Source of the DNA: a virus
Taxonomy: Duplodnaviria > Caudoviricetes
Strand: one strand, 5' to 3'
IMG/VR virus record: IMGVR_UViG_3300033402_000025
Coordinates: 1 to 42,291 of that record
DNA length: 42,291 nt
The position numbers were made by a program, and so were the translations under genes. The notes below the pieces were generated by a model. That model saw only the letters and a program-made list of their open reading frames with translations. It was not told the origin of the DNA and did not search any database. Positions 15,499 to 24,600 of the stretch are shown in pieces; the first letter of the stretch is position 1, and every line of letters begins with the position of its first letter.

Positions 15499-15801
15499 TT
15501 ATCCCATCCCCTCCACCGACTGTTCGACCTTGACGAACCGATCTTCCACGGCCGCGTGAACCGCCCCACACAGCTTGCTGTTCACGTAGTTCCCGTTCAC
15601 CCGCACGTAGAACTGATTCACAGCCTCCGCGATAGAGGCCCGCACCTCAACCCGTACGGTCTCCAGCTTGGCGTTGGCCAGAGCCATCTCCGCGCGGAGC
15701 GTGGCTACTTCGGCCCGCGCCGCGAACGCCAACAGCCCCACCAGCAGGCTCCCGATCAGCGACACCACGGCCGCGACCGCGTACAACCATTCCGGCGTCA
15801 T
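15499..15801 (-). CDS. Membrane protein with N-terminal TM and coiled coil (lysis-associated)
   Basis: WLYAVAAVVSLIGSLLVGLLAFAA TM followed by a heptad helix; downstream of the endolysin. Confidence 0.7.
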   Translation of the reverse strand: MTPEWLYAVAAVVSLIGSLLVGLLAFAARAEVATLRAEMALANAKLETVRVEVRASIAEAVNQFYVRVNGNYVNSKLCGAVHAAVEDRFVKVEQSVEGMG

Positions 15802-15900
15802 CCCCAATCCCCTCTGTTTCTGCTACGGTAGATTCGGGCGGCGCCCGCGTAGCAGTAGATGTTACGCAGTGGGGCGTTCCCGCGCCCCCGCCGCTCCTTC

Positions 15901-16542
15901 CTACTTAGCACCCGAGGCGTAGAACCCCTGGATATGCTGGATGTAAGCCACCGTCTCCCTGGCCCGCTTCCCGGTGACGGCGGCCAGGCGCGCGGCCACC
16001 GCCGGCCAGTGAGTCGAGCCGGCCTCCTTGGCGGCCCTCTGAATGTTCCCCGGCCCCGCGTTGTAACTGCCGAAGACAAGCGCCAACCTATCGGCGGATG
16101 CGGTGACTGAGCGCCACAAAGACCAGAGTTGCGCATCGTACTTGATGCCTCCCTGGATATTCTGCTCAGCGTCCCCTGGGTTGATCCCCAGCCCCTTTGC
16201 AGTCTCGGGCATAAGTTGCATGATCCCTATAGCACCGGCCGGGGATCTGTGTTCCTGGCATAGCCCGCTCTCGGCGACTCCCTGCGAGCGCCACCAACGC
16301 CAATCCTGCCACGGGGCGTAGAATTGGCCCCAGTGACGGAAGGCCAGATCGTACTTGACGGTCTGGGCGTCAAGCAAGGGCGAAAGCGACAAGAGCAGCG
16401 GCAAAAACAACAGCCACCGCGATGGGGTGTTTCTCGATGATTTCGGCCGTGTTGTACCGACGAAGAATTGTGCGGTCCAGAAGAACGGCGTTGATGATAA
16501 CAAGGAGTGCCTCCGATTCTTTCCGTAGAAGCGCGTTGCCAA
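15901..16542 (-). CDS. Endolysin, SLT lytic transglycosylase (start uncertain)
   Basis: VAESG catalytic Glu, SPAGAIGIMQLMPETA, SYNAGPGN, ETVAYI; signal-like LLFLPLLLSLSPLLDA|Q precedes the domain. Confidence 0.9.
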   Translation of the reverse strand: MATRFYGKNRRHSLLSSTPFFWTAQFFVGTTRPKSSRNTPSRWLLFLPLLLSLSPLLDAQTVKYDLAFRHWGQFYAPWQDWRWWRSQGVAESGLCQEHRSPAGAIGIMQLMPETAKGLGINPGDAEQNIQGGIKYDAQLWSLWRSVTASADRLALVFGSYNAGPGNIQRAAKEAGSTHWPAVAARLAAVTGKRARETVAYIQHIQGFYASGAK

Positions 16543-16552
16543 TCTCTATCAA
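16370..16552 (-). CDS. 60-aa membrane protein (holin/antiholin-like) overlapping the endolysin 5' end
   Basis: GGAGG RBS; TTG start overlaps the upstream stop; MIEIGNALLRKESEALLVIINAVLLDRTILRRYNTAEIIEKHPIAVAVVFAAALVAFALA*. Confidence 0.6.
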   Translation of the reverse strand: MIEIGNALLRKESEALLVIINAVLLDRTILRRYNTAEIIEKHPIAVAVVFAAALVAFALA

Positions 16553-16728
16553 GCCCCACCTCCCGCTTTCGCGCCGTTCCGGTACATCAGGTAGCCCATG
16601 ATAGCCAGCACTAGAGCCACGCCGATCTTGACGCACTCGCCGTGCGGTATAGCTTCCCAGCGGACTTGGTTGAGCAGCGCCAGCCCGGCCGCTCCGCCCG
16701 CTATGGTTGTCGAAACGTCCCTATCCAT
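16549..16728 (-). CDS. Putative holin, 59 aa, two hydrophobic segments (not in ORF track)
   Basis: MDRDVSTTIAGGAAGLALLNQVRWEAIPHGECVKIGVALVLAIMGYLMYRNGAKAGGGA*. Confidence 0.65.
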   Translation of the reverse strand: MDRDVSTTIAGGAAGLALLNQVRWEAIPHGECVKIGVALVLAIMGYLMYRNGAKAGGGA

Positions 16729-16737
16729 GGCTGCCGC

Positions 16738-17268
16738 CTATTGCCACCGGAAGGACATGCTGGCCATGTATTCCGGCTGCACGGACGTACCGGCGACGGC
16801 CGCCATGCGGACCCCCGCCACCACGCCGAACCCCGCGGGGATTACGTGGCCGGCCAGCTTGGCGCCGCCGAGGTCGTAGCGAACGCGAAGGCCGCCCCCC
16901 AGATTCCCAAGTGCCACAGCGGACGCCACAGCCGCCGAAGTCGCCTGAACCAGACCGAACGTCGCGCCGGCGTCCATGGTTCCATAGAGCGATAACTTGC
17001 CGGATTTCTTGAGCAGATACCCGAAGCCCGTCCGCACGGTGGAAACCCTGTCTTGCATTTCGATTGTGGTGATACTGCAAACCTTGCTTCCGCAGACTCC
17101 GAGTTCCAGGATGGAGGCGGCCAGCGCCGGGTTGGAATAGTGGTTATACTCGCCCCCCAGCCCGACAAAAACGGACGTGGTGAATGCGGCGGTTGTCGTT
17201 GCGGTCTGCCCGAACGCGCACAGCGCGCCGAGCGTAAACAGGACACAGATAATCTTCGTTGTCTTCAT
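16738..17268 (-). CDS. Signal-peptide protein, probable small outer-membrane beta-barrel
   Basis: MKTTKIICVLFTLGALCAFG|Q; alternating strands (VFVGLGGEY, VRTGFGYLL, LSLYGTMDAG, GGGLRVRYDL, FGVVAGVRM); ends YMASMSFRWQ. Confidence 0.65.
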   Translation of the reverse strand: MKTTKIICVLFTLGALCAFGQTATTTAAFTTSVFVGLGGEYNHYSNPALAASILELGVCGSKVCSITTIEMQDRVSTVRTGFGYLLKKSGKLSLYGTMDAGATFGLVQATSAAVASAVALGNLGGGLRVRYDLGGAKLAGHVIPAGFGVVAGVRMAAVAGTSVQPEYMASMSFRWQ

Positions 17269-17291
17269 AGTTTCCTCGGTAAAAGTTGGAA

Positions 17292-17996
17292 TTACAGGAA
17301 GCGCGCCCCGATCTTTCCGGCCGTTTCCAACCACGCTCTGAAGCGCGCCCAAAACGTCTTGGGCTTTGCGATGTCCGCGGTGATAGCGTGGATATCCGCC
17401 GCGATTCCATCGGCGCTCTTACCCACCCCCACGGCGGATTCCGCCAGCTTGGGCGCGGCGTCCCGGACGGTCCGCATGGTTTGCGCCGTCTCGCCGGCCG
17501 TGACCTTGGCCGCCGCGATCAGCCCCAGCGTTTGCGCGGGCAGCGCGTCCCGCCGGAGCAGCACGGCCGCCGCCTCATCCGCGTGGGCCGTCACGCTGGC
17601 GACGTTCGTCAAGATGGGGTGTAGATCCCCCCGGACCCCATCGAGCGCGCCTACCGCCCCCGAGAGGCGGGAATCGGCAATCCCGAGCGCCTCCCCCGTC
17701 CGCCTATCCAGCACGGCGGTAAGCGTGTCCACGCGCGCCAGCGTATCCGTCCGCAGTGCGACGATTTGCCCCACCGCATCGCGCCGGATTCCGGACGCCT
17801 GCCCGTCCACCTCGGCGAGCAGGCCCCGCCGCGTGGCCTGAACCTCCTCCACCAGCGCGGAACGTGTGTCCCGGATCTCTCCAGGGATGGCTTCCACCAC
17901 GGCGGTTGCCGCCCGCATGAGCAGGATTCCGTACACCACGGATGCCACCAGCACTGCCAACAGGGCACAGGCAAGGATGTAGCGTACGCGTATCAT
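17292..17996 (-). CDS. Inner-membrane-anchored long helical protein (spanin-like topology)
   Basis: N-terminal TM, Ala-rich helical body, amphipathic C-terminus KPKTFWARFRAWLETAGKIGARFL. Confidence 0.7.
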   Translation of the reverse strand: MIRVRYILACALLAVLVASVVYGILLMRAATAVVEAIPGEIRDTRSALVEEVQATRRGLLAEVDGQASGIRRDAVGQIVALRTDTLARVDTLTAVLDRRTGEALGIADSRLSGAVGALDGVRGDLHPILTNVASVTAHADEAAAVLLRRDALPAQTLGLIAAAKVTAGETAQTMRTVRDAAPKLAESAVGVGKSADGIAADIHAITADIAKPKTFWARFRAWLETAGKIGARFL

Positions 17997-18026
17997 TCGT
18001 TTTTCCTTTGAAGTTCGGCGCGCGCC

Positions 18027-21000
18027 TCAAAACACCCGAGCGCGCCTCTTGTTGACTGGCAGCGGCAGCGTCCAACTCAGCAGACATAACTGATCGACCG
18101 CCCAGAAGCACATCAGCGGGATGCCTGCATTCACCGCCGCCAGATATTGCGCCGTCCACGCGCACGCCCCGTTGAACCACGGGACCAGGTAAGCCGTGGC
18201 GGACTTGGCATAACTCAGCGCCGAATACCCGTATGCCATGGCCGCCTTCGCCAGGTCGAGATTCAGGTACGTCGATCCCCAGGACAGGGCCTCCAGCTTC
18301 ACCCGGTCGATGTCCCCGTTCGGCCCCATGTACTGCGACGGGATGTTGACGTAATTGTTCAGCCGGCCGCCCTGTGGATACGGATACCCGGCGTTCCAAT
18401 AGACCGTTGGGGCGTTCGTGTCGAGCGGTAACAGCCATTCGACTTTTGCGCCCGAGTAGGCCGCCTTCACCGCTTGCGCGATCGCGTGCATGTGCGCGTA
18501 CACCAGGCCCTGGAGGAAGTTCGCATCCGCATACGAGTTGACGTTCGGATTGTCGTCTTGGGTGTAGAAGCTGGCCAGCGCGCGCGACAAGGCCGCCGCC
18601 GCGGCCGAAGCCGTGTAGGCGTCATAGTAAGCCATACCCCCGCCGCTCACCGTGCCCGTGCCGGGCACGTACGCGCCGTTCCCGCTCGAACCCACCAGCG
18701 CGAAATGCGTCGGGTCCGTCACGGTCACCGTGAAATCGCCGTTGGCCGCCGTGTTCCCCTGCACCCCCGCATCGATCACTCCCTGCCCCGTGGCGAGGCC
18801 GTGTACGGCCGGCGTCCCAATCGAAATCGGAGCCGTGTAGCTGGCGTACCCAATCGCCAAACCGTTCACCCGGCCATAGAACCACCAGCCCACCTCGCCA
18901 AATTGCAGCCATGGAGTCAGCCCCGCCGCGGCGAGTATTCCCGCCGCCTGGAGGTAGCAGGCCGTCAAGTACGCCGTCACCGTCGCCGGATTGAAGGTGC
19001 ATTGCGTGGTCTGGAGGTCTATCAACGCGGTGGCCCCGGCCGCCACAGTGAACGCCGTCCCCGATACCAGCGTGGTCAACTGGTAATGGTTCGCATCGGT
19101 CACTGTACAGGCCCACACCGCGCCGTTGGACCCTTGCGCGATATGTACCGTATTCCCGGTGACGTACCCGTGGCCGGTCTGCTGGATGGTCTGCGGACCC
19201 GATCCGCTCACCGCCTCCACCACGCCCGCGCCCCATGAGCCGAACCCTGTGGACGTGAGCACTTGATTACCGCTGGCGAACCGCTGGCTCCATGCCCCGG
19301 ACTTCAAAGTCCCCGGCCCGTTCCCATCGGAGGCCGAACATGCTGTGTCCCCGCCGCACCTTGGGGCGAGTATGACGTTGTTCGCGCTCGCCGTCGCCGC
19401 GGCGTTCGGATCTCCGTTCCCGGCATTGATGAGCGCGGCCAGGGCGATTGCGATATCGCCGGATCCGTCGCTCGAGAGCTGGAGATGGGTGTAGGTCTTC
19501 GTCCCGATGGTAATGGTGTGCGCATACCCGGCGCCCAGGTAGTTCCAAAACCCGAACGTCACGGATGCCGGCGCGGCGTCATTGGAATCCGGCGGAGCGA
19601 GCAACTCCTGAGAAAACGCCACCGTCATGGTCTGCCCGGCCGCCTTCACCAGCGCGCCCAGGTCCGTCAGGTAATCCCGGAACGCCCGGTTGAGCGGCGC
19701 CGCCTGCGTTGCATCCACTTGCCACGTACCCTCATTCCCTACGCCGATATCGCCCGTGCGAGCAATCGAGCCGGTCGCTCCCGTGCTTGTCGAGACCGAC
19801 AACGTAAATCCGTTGATCGGCGAGAGCGACGTGATCGTGAACTGTCCCGCCGTCGCGGCCGGAGCTGCGCAGACCCCCACGAACGTGGCGTTGATGGCGT
19901 TCACCAGACGTTGCGCCAGCGTAGTAAGGGTGTCGGCCGGATACACCGCCGCCCCGAGCGACGTACCGCTGATATCGAAGAACACGGCATCCCCATCGCC
20001 GAACCCCGATCCCGTCGCAAACAAACCGGATAGCGTGACCGTCGCCTGATGGAAGTTGCCCCCGTTCCGCGTCCGCTTGAGCGCGAAGAAGACGCCGGTA
20101 TAGAAATCGATATCCCCGGCGAAGCCCGCCTGCCCCAGAATCCACATCAGCCGCTCTGGCGGTATCTGGTAAGTGGCTCCCGTGTCGAAGTCGCAAGCGC
20201 AGCTCGCGCTGGAGTAGGTGATTGCCGGCGCCACGGGATCGCTCAACACCGCCGCCTGGAGGTAATCGAGCAAGCACGTCCCGGCCGCCACCGTCAACGT
20301 GACCGTGTGTTGCCCGGCCGCCACCCCGGAGGCGATCAGCCGCCGCCCCGATGTCGGGCTCGCCGAAGATTGCAGCGAATACGCGCTCACCTGTACGGCC
20401 GCCCCGCCATCGAGTTGCGTACTGAACGTTCCGCCCGCCGTGGACACCGCCGTCCCGACGTACAGGTTATGCGCAGACTGGCAACTATAGGTGATCGTCA
20501 CCGCATCGCCAACGTGCCCACTCTGCCACGCGAATCCGCCCACATACCATCCGGCGACTTGCGACCAACCGCTCCCGGCCCGCGCGGCCCATGCATCGGC
20601 CGACGTAATCGTCACCGACCCGGGCCCGGCGATCTTGAGCGGAGTCACCCCACCCGAATCTCCCACCGTCCAATTGGAGAACACCGCGGACCATTCGCTC
20701 GCAGCGTAAGCCACCAGCGATGGGTTGACGGTCCCCGAATCGTAATTCAGAGGCGGCGCGAGAGTCAGCCACAACTGCCGCACGCTGGCCAGCCCCAAAG
20801 CCGAAAAGTCCAGATGGACATGAATCGAAGTCGGGTCCGCCCCGCCCGTCAGTTTCGACGTGGGCGCGGGAAGCAGGTAGCACGTGCTGGTCTTATTCAT
20901 CGCCAGCAGTTCGATGCCGTTTCCATCACTGCCAGCAGTCAGCGAGGTCACCGTAAATGACGCCGGATCTACCAGGCTCTGTACGGCCTGTAACCCTGTC

Positions 21001-21572
21001 GAGGAAGTGAAGGCGTTGATCTCAGCCACCAACGCCGCGGCCACCGTGGCGAAAGTGTCACTAACGCCCACCACGTAATCGTAAACGTCATTACCCCGGT
21101 AGATCAGGTATAGCCGGTCATACTGGACGGGATTCGGCCCGCCCCCGGTCACGGTGTAGGTGCAACTGGCCTGAACCGCGCCCGTCGTCGCCGTGATATC
21201 GAGAGCAACCGAACCCTGGACCTCCGTTACCGTTCCATCGCCGCTCACGCTCCGGGTGACATAGCCCAGCGCACCCCACGGCACGGACTGATACTTCACG
21301 CTGGCCGGGTTCTGGCATCCCGTAAGGGCCAGGTCGAAATCGAGCGTTACCCCGGCCAGCGAGAAATCCGGCAAGTACCGCGAGGTATAGAGATGTCCAA
21401 ACTGATCGTCTGCGTCGAATAGCACGCACACCGCGAAGTCCGCCTGATCGCTCCAGCATCCGCTCACGGTGAACCCGCTCCCGGATGCGTTATGGAGCGA
21501 CGCCGCGGCCCCGCGCCGGTCGAAGCCCCGCAGGTACATCGACCGATGCGGTTGTAGTTTGGAGATAGTCAT
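18027..21572 (-). CDS. Large tail-associated protein, non-contractile tail sheath/TIM-barrel-like with inserted beta domains
   Basis: AFSQELLAPPD, WSQRF and PWLQFGEVGWW motifs; Thr/Gly/Ala-rich inserts; follows the tail-tip gene. Confidence 0.7.
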   Translation of the reverse strand: MTISKLQPHRSMYLRGFDRRGAAASLHNASGSGFTVSGCWSDQADFAVCVLFDADDQFGHLYTSRYLPDFSLAGVTLDFDLALTGCQNPASVKYQSVPWGALGYVTRSVSGDGTVTEVQGSVALDITATTGAVQASCTYTVTGGGPNPVQYDRLYLIYRGNDVYDYVVGVSDTFATVAAALVAEINAFTSSTGLQAVQSLVDPASFTVTSLTAGSDGNGIELLAMNKTSTCYLLPAPTSKLTGGADPTSIHVHLDFSALGLASVRQLWLTLAPPLNYDSGTVNPSLVAYAASEWSAVFSNWTVGDSGGVTPLKIAGPGSVTITSADAWAARAGSGWSQVAGWYVGGFAWQSGHVGDAVTITYSCQSAHNLYVGTAVSTAGGTFSTQLDGGAAVQVSAYSLQSSASPTSGRRLIASGVAAGQHTVTLTVAAGTCLLDYLQAAVLSDPVAPAITYSSASCACDFDTGATYQIPPERLMWILGQAGFAGDIDFYTGVFFALKRTRNGGNFHQATVTLSGLFATGSGFGDGDAVFFDISGTSLGAAVYPADTLTTLAQRLVNAINATFVGVCAAPAATAGQFTITSLSPINGFTLSVSTSTGATGSIARTGDIGVGNEGTWQVDATQAAPLNRAFRDYLTDLGALVKAAGQTMTVAFSQELLAPPDSNDAAPASVTFGFWNYLGAGYAHTITIGTKTYTHLQLSSDGSGDIAIALAALINAGNGDPNAAATASANNVILAPRCGGDTACSASDGNGPGTLKSGAWSQRFASGNQVLTSTGFGSWGAGVVEAVSGSGPQTIQQTGHGYVTGNTVHIAQGSNGAVWACTVTDANHYQLTTLVSGTAFTVAAGATALIDLQTTQCTFNPATVTAYLTACYLQAAGILAAAGLTPWLQFGEVGWWFYGRVNGLAIGYASYTAPISIGTPAVHGLATGQGVIDAGVQGNTAANGDFTVTVTDPTHFALVGSSGNGAYVPGTGTVSGGGMAYYDAYTASAAAAALSRALASFYTQDDNPNVNSYADANFLQGLVYAHMHAIAQAVKAAYSGAKVEWLLPLDTNAPTVYWNAGYPYPQGGRLNNYVNIPSQYMGPNGDIDRVKLEALSWGSTYLNLDLAKAAMAYGYSALSYAKSATAYLVPWFNGACAWTAQYLAAVNAGIPLMCFWAVDQLCLLSWTLPLPVNKRRARVF

Positions 21573-21603
21573 GGGTCAGTGGGGCACGCATTCAGCCTGC
21601 CGT

Positions 21604-24600
21604 CTACAGGTAGATGAAGATCGACAAATCGGACCCAGGAACGGTGGTCCCCACGGCCGTAATGTCCAAGGTGATGTTCGCGCTGGCCGTCAACGGCCCG
21701 GCCGCCGCCAACTGCGCAGCCGTAGCCTGCACCGTCGTATTCCCAGCGGCCACCGTCAGCGTCATCCACAGCGCCCCGCCGAGGTTGATGTTGAATATCG
21801 CCCCGGCCCCTGTCGGCCCCGTCTTCAGATACACGGCCACGCTCTGCGCCGCGCGGCTGGCGCTCAGCGCCACGATGGGCGCCTGGTTACTGCCAATCGC
21901 CAGCGTCCCGTCCACTTGCAGCGTAACGCCCGGCGTAGCATTCGATCCCGCCGCGCCGTAGATCCAGTCTTCCCGGATCGGGCCGTCCCCATCCGGCGAC
22001 TCCAACCCGTTCACGTCCACCGTGAACCCCGCAATTAAGACCGGCTGTTTGATGAAGTTCGCCGCCGGAACGCTGAGTACCACCGGAGTCAGCGGGCTCG
22101 CATTGTCGATGCTGGTCGAGTCCGCCTGGAAGGCCCACACTGGCGCCTCGATAATCCACACCGAGGTTTCATCCATGACGATGCCCGGCTGGAACGTCAG
22201 CGTCGTCGCGGTGTTCGCCGTAATTTGGCTCGGCGGTTGCCCGCGCCCCGTCCCGCGGATCACCCGGATCAGGTTCCCTACCTCGGCCCCTGGCGTCAGC
22301 CCGCCATAGCTATCGGTGCTGTTCTTGTATCCCGAGTCGGTGATCTGTGTCGGATTGCCGCTGTTCGGCGCGTCCGCCTTGTTGCGGATCACCACCGCAT
22401 CGCCCACCAGCACGATCCCCGTCGGATCTCTGTCCAGCGTGAGAGTCCCCGTCGCGTGATCGCATCCCGTGATATTGAAGCTCGCGAACGGCGTACTTCT
22501 GTCCGGGCTTCCGATCATCGACAGCACCCGCCCCACCGGGTTGAATGGGGTGCTGGAGGTGTCTATCATCCACAGGCACAGGAGCGTATTAGTGGATACG
22601 TTATCCACCGACAGGCCAGCCACTCCCGAATGCGCCAGCAGCTTGGCCTTCACGCGCACCTTCCCCACGTACGGCGAAGGCAACGCCCAAGTGGACCGCG
22701 CCACCGCCGCCCCGAAGGTGATGGACCCCGGCGTGTAAACAGTCCCGCCAGATCCCGCCGTCAACGTCCCCGTCGCCTGCGCGCAGATCAAGTCATCTTG
22801 CGTCCCGACGAACAGGACATACGACGCCAGCCCGGTCACCGCCGGCCAAGTGATGCCGTTCAGCGTTATGGACCCGCCCGCGGCTGGCCCCGTCCCCACG
22901 ATAACGATATTGGACGGCGCCGAGGGAACTCCGTTAGCGTCAATGGCGCAAATCGCCACGCGCAAGGTTGTGTTCGCCGGCAGCGAACCACCGGTAGCGC
23001 CCTGCGTAATCGATCCGATCCCAGGCGCTCCCGCTCCGGTCGCGCTGAACTCGTTCACCGGCAGCTTCCCGGTGATTGTCAGATTGGCGAGCGCGCTGCC
23101 GTCCGCTAGAACGTTGTACTCTTGATCGGAGTCGAACGTCCACTCCCCCGGAAACAGCGCATCGTTCGATGCGGCCTGCACCTGGTATGGCGCCCAAACC
23201 GGCCCGAGCGGAATCGGGTAGAACAGAGCCGGCAGCCCCGCCGGCGTCACATCGATAGGCTTCGGTCCCACATCCAGATCGTACATGGACGCGGTGACGG
23301 TCTGCCCCTCTATCTGCACAGACCAGTCCTTCTTGAGGCTCCAGCGCTGCACGCGGAAGCACATCGTAATCACCTGGAAGGCCAGCCCGGTCCCGCTTGG
23401 CGGAGCCGGCGACGTGGTAATCGTAGACCCGTCGCTGGCCACGGCCGTGATCGTCACCGGGGAGCCGCCGATCACAACCACTTTATCGATCAGCTCCGTG
23501 TCGCCGGCGGTCGAGCCCGCATAGGTCCAGGCGTCGCCACTCACCCACGTGGCCGTGTTCCCGGATACGTTGCATGTCCCGTGTACGCCTGGTACGTCGG
23601 GATGCGTCATCGAGACCACCTGCCCTACCTCATTCCCGAGGCCGAGCAGCGTGGTGTACCATGACGCGGCGCGCGCATCGCGCCATTCCGCCGGCGTTAC
23701 CCCGCCCACTTCTTCGCGCACATGCGTGGCCGACAGCCGTAGGCCCTGGCTCAGCGTGGAGCAACCCGCCGAGTGCTTCTGTGTGGTCAGTGGAGATCCG
23801 GCGCGCCCATAATAGGCCGCGTGGCTCTTGTCGCAGTACTCCGCCGTGTTGGCCTGATACTGATAGGCCACATCGGCGTAGGACAGTACCTCATGCTCGT
23901 AAGCTGCCGTGATAGGAGTCAGGCGCAAGCTCTGAAACAGCGTGTTTCCGAGCGTGTAAGCATCCACCGCGCCCGCATTCACCCGGCATCCCAACTTCAG
24001 CTTGCCGAACTCCCAGGTATAGAATCCCAGGCAGCAATTGAGAACTTCCGAGAGCCAATCGCGGAAGGGTTTCTGACTGCTGATGACTCCCTGAAACTGA
24101 AACTGCGGTTCGGTGATGGCCGTGGTCGTAGTTGCCACATACCCGGCGTTCAGCGCGTCGTCAATCGATAGGACGTTGAGGTTTCCGCTGCCGTCCTGAT
24201 ACTGAAAGCTGTAGCTGCCGTCCGGGTTTAGGTTGATCTGCGAGCCGTTCAGCGTCTCCCCGAGCGTCGTGATCTCATACCCGGATGTCGAAGAGGCGCC
24301 GAACAGGGGCGTAACCTGGTCCGCCGCGATCTCCGCCGCGCCGCTACCGTCTCCCTTTACCAGCGAGGCAGCCACGAACGCCGCCAGTTGCGTGGCCGAA
24401 GAGGGCCCGGTCCCGGTGGACGGGTTGCCGTACAGGCCCATCGCCCGCAACAGCATATTCACTGCGATCCAAAACGGGTTCACCAGGCCCATGACGGCCG
24501 TCCGGTTCCCGCTCGCATCCCAGACCCATCCCCATAGGCCGTAATCCACCGGCACGGTCATCTTGTGCTGGTCCGGCGTGCTCGGCTGAACCGCGCTCGG

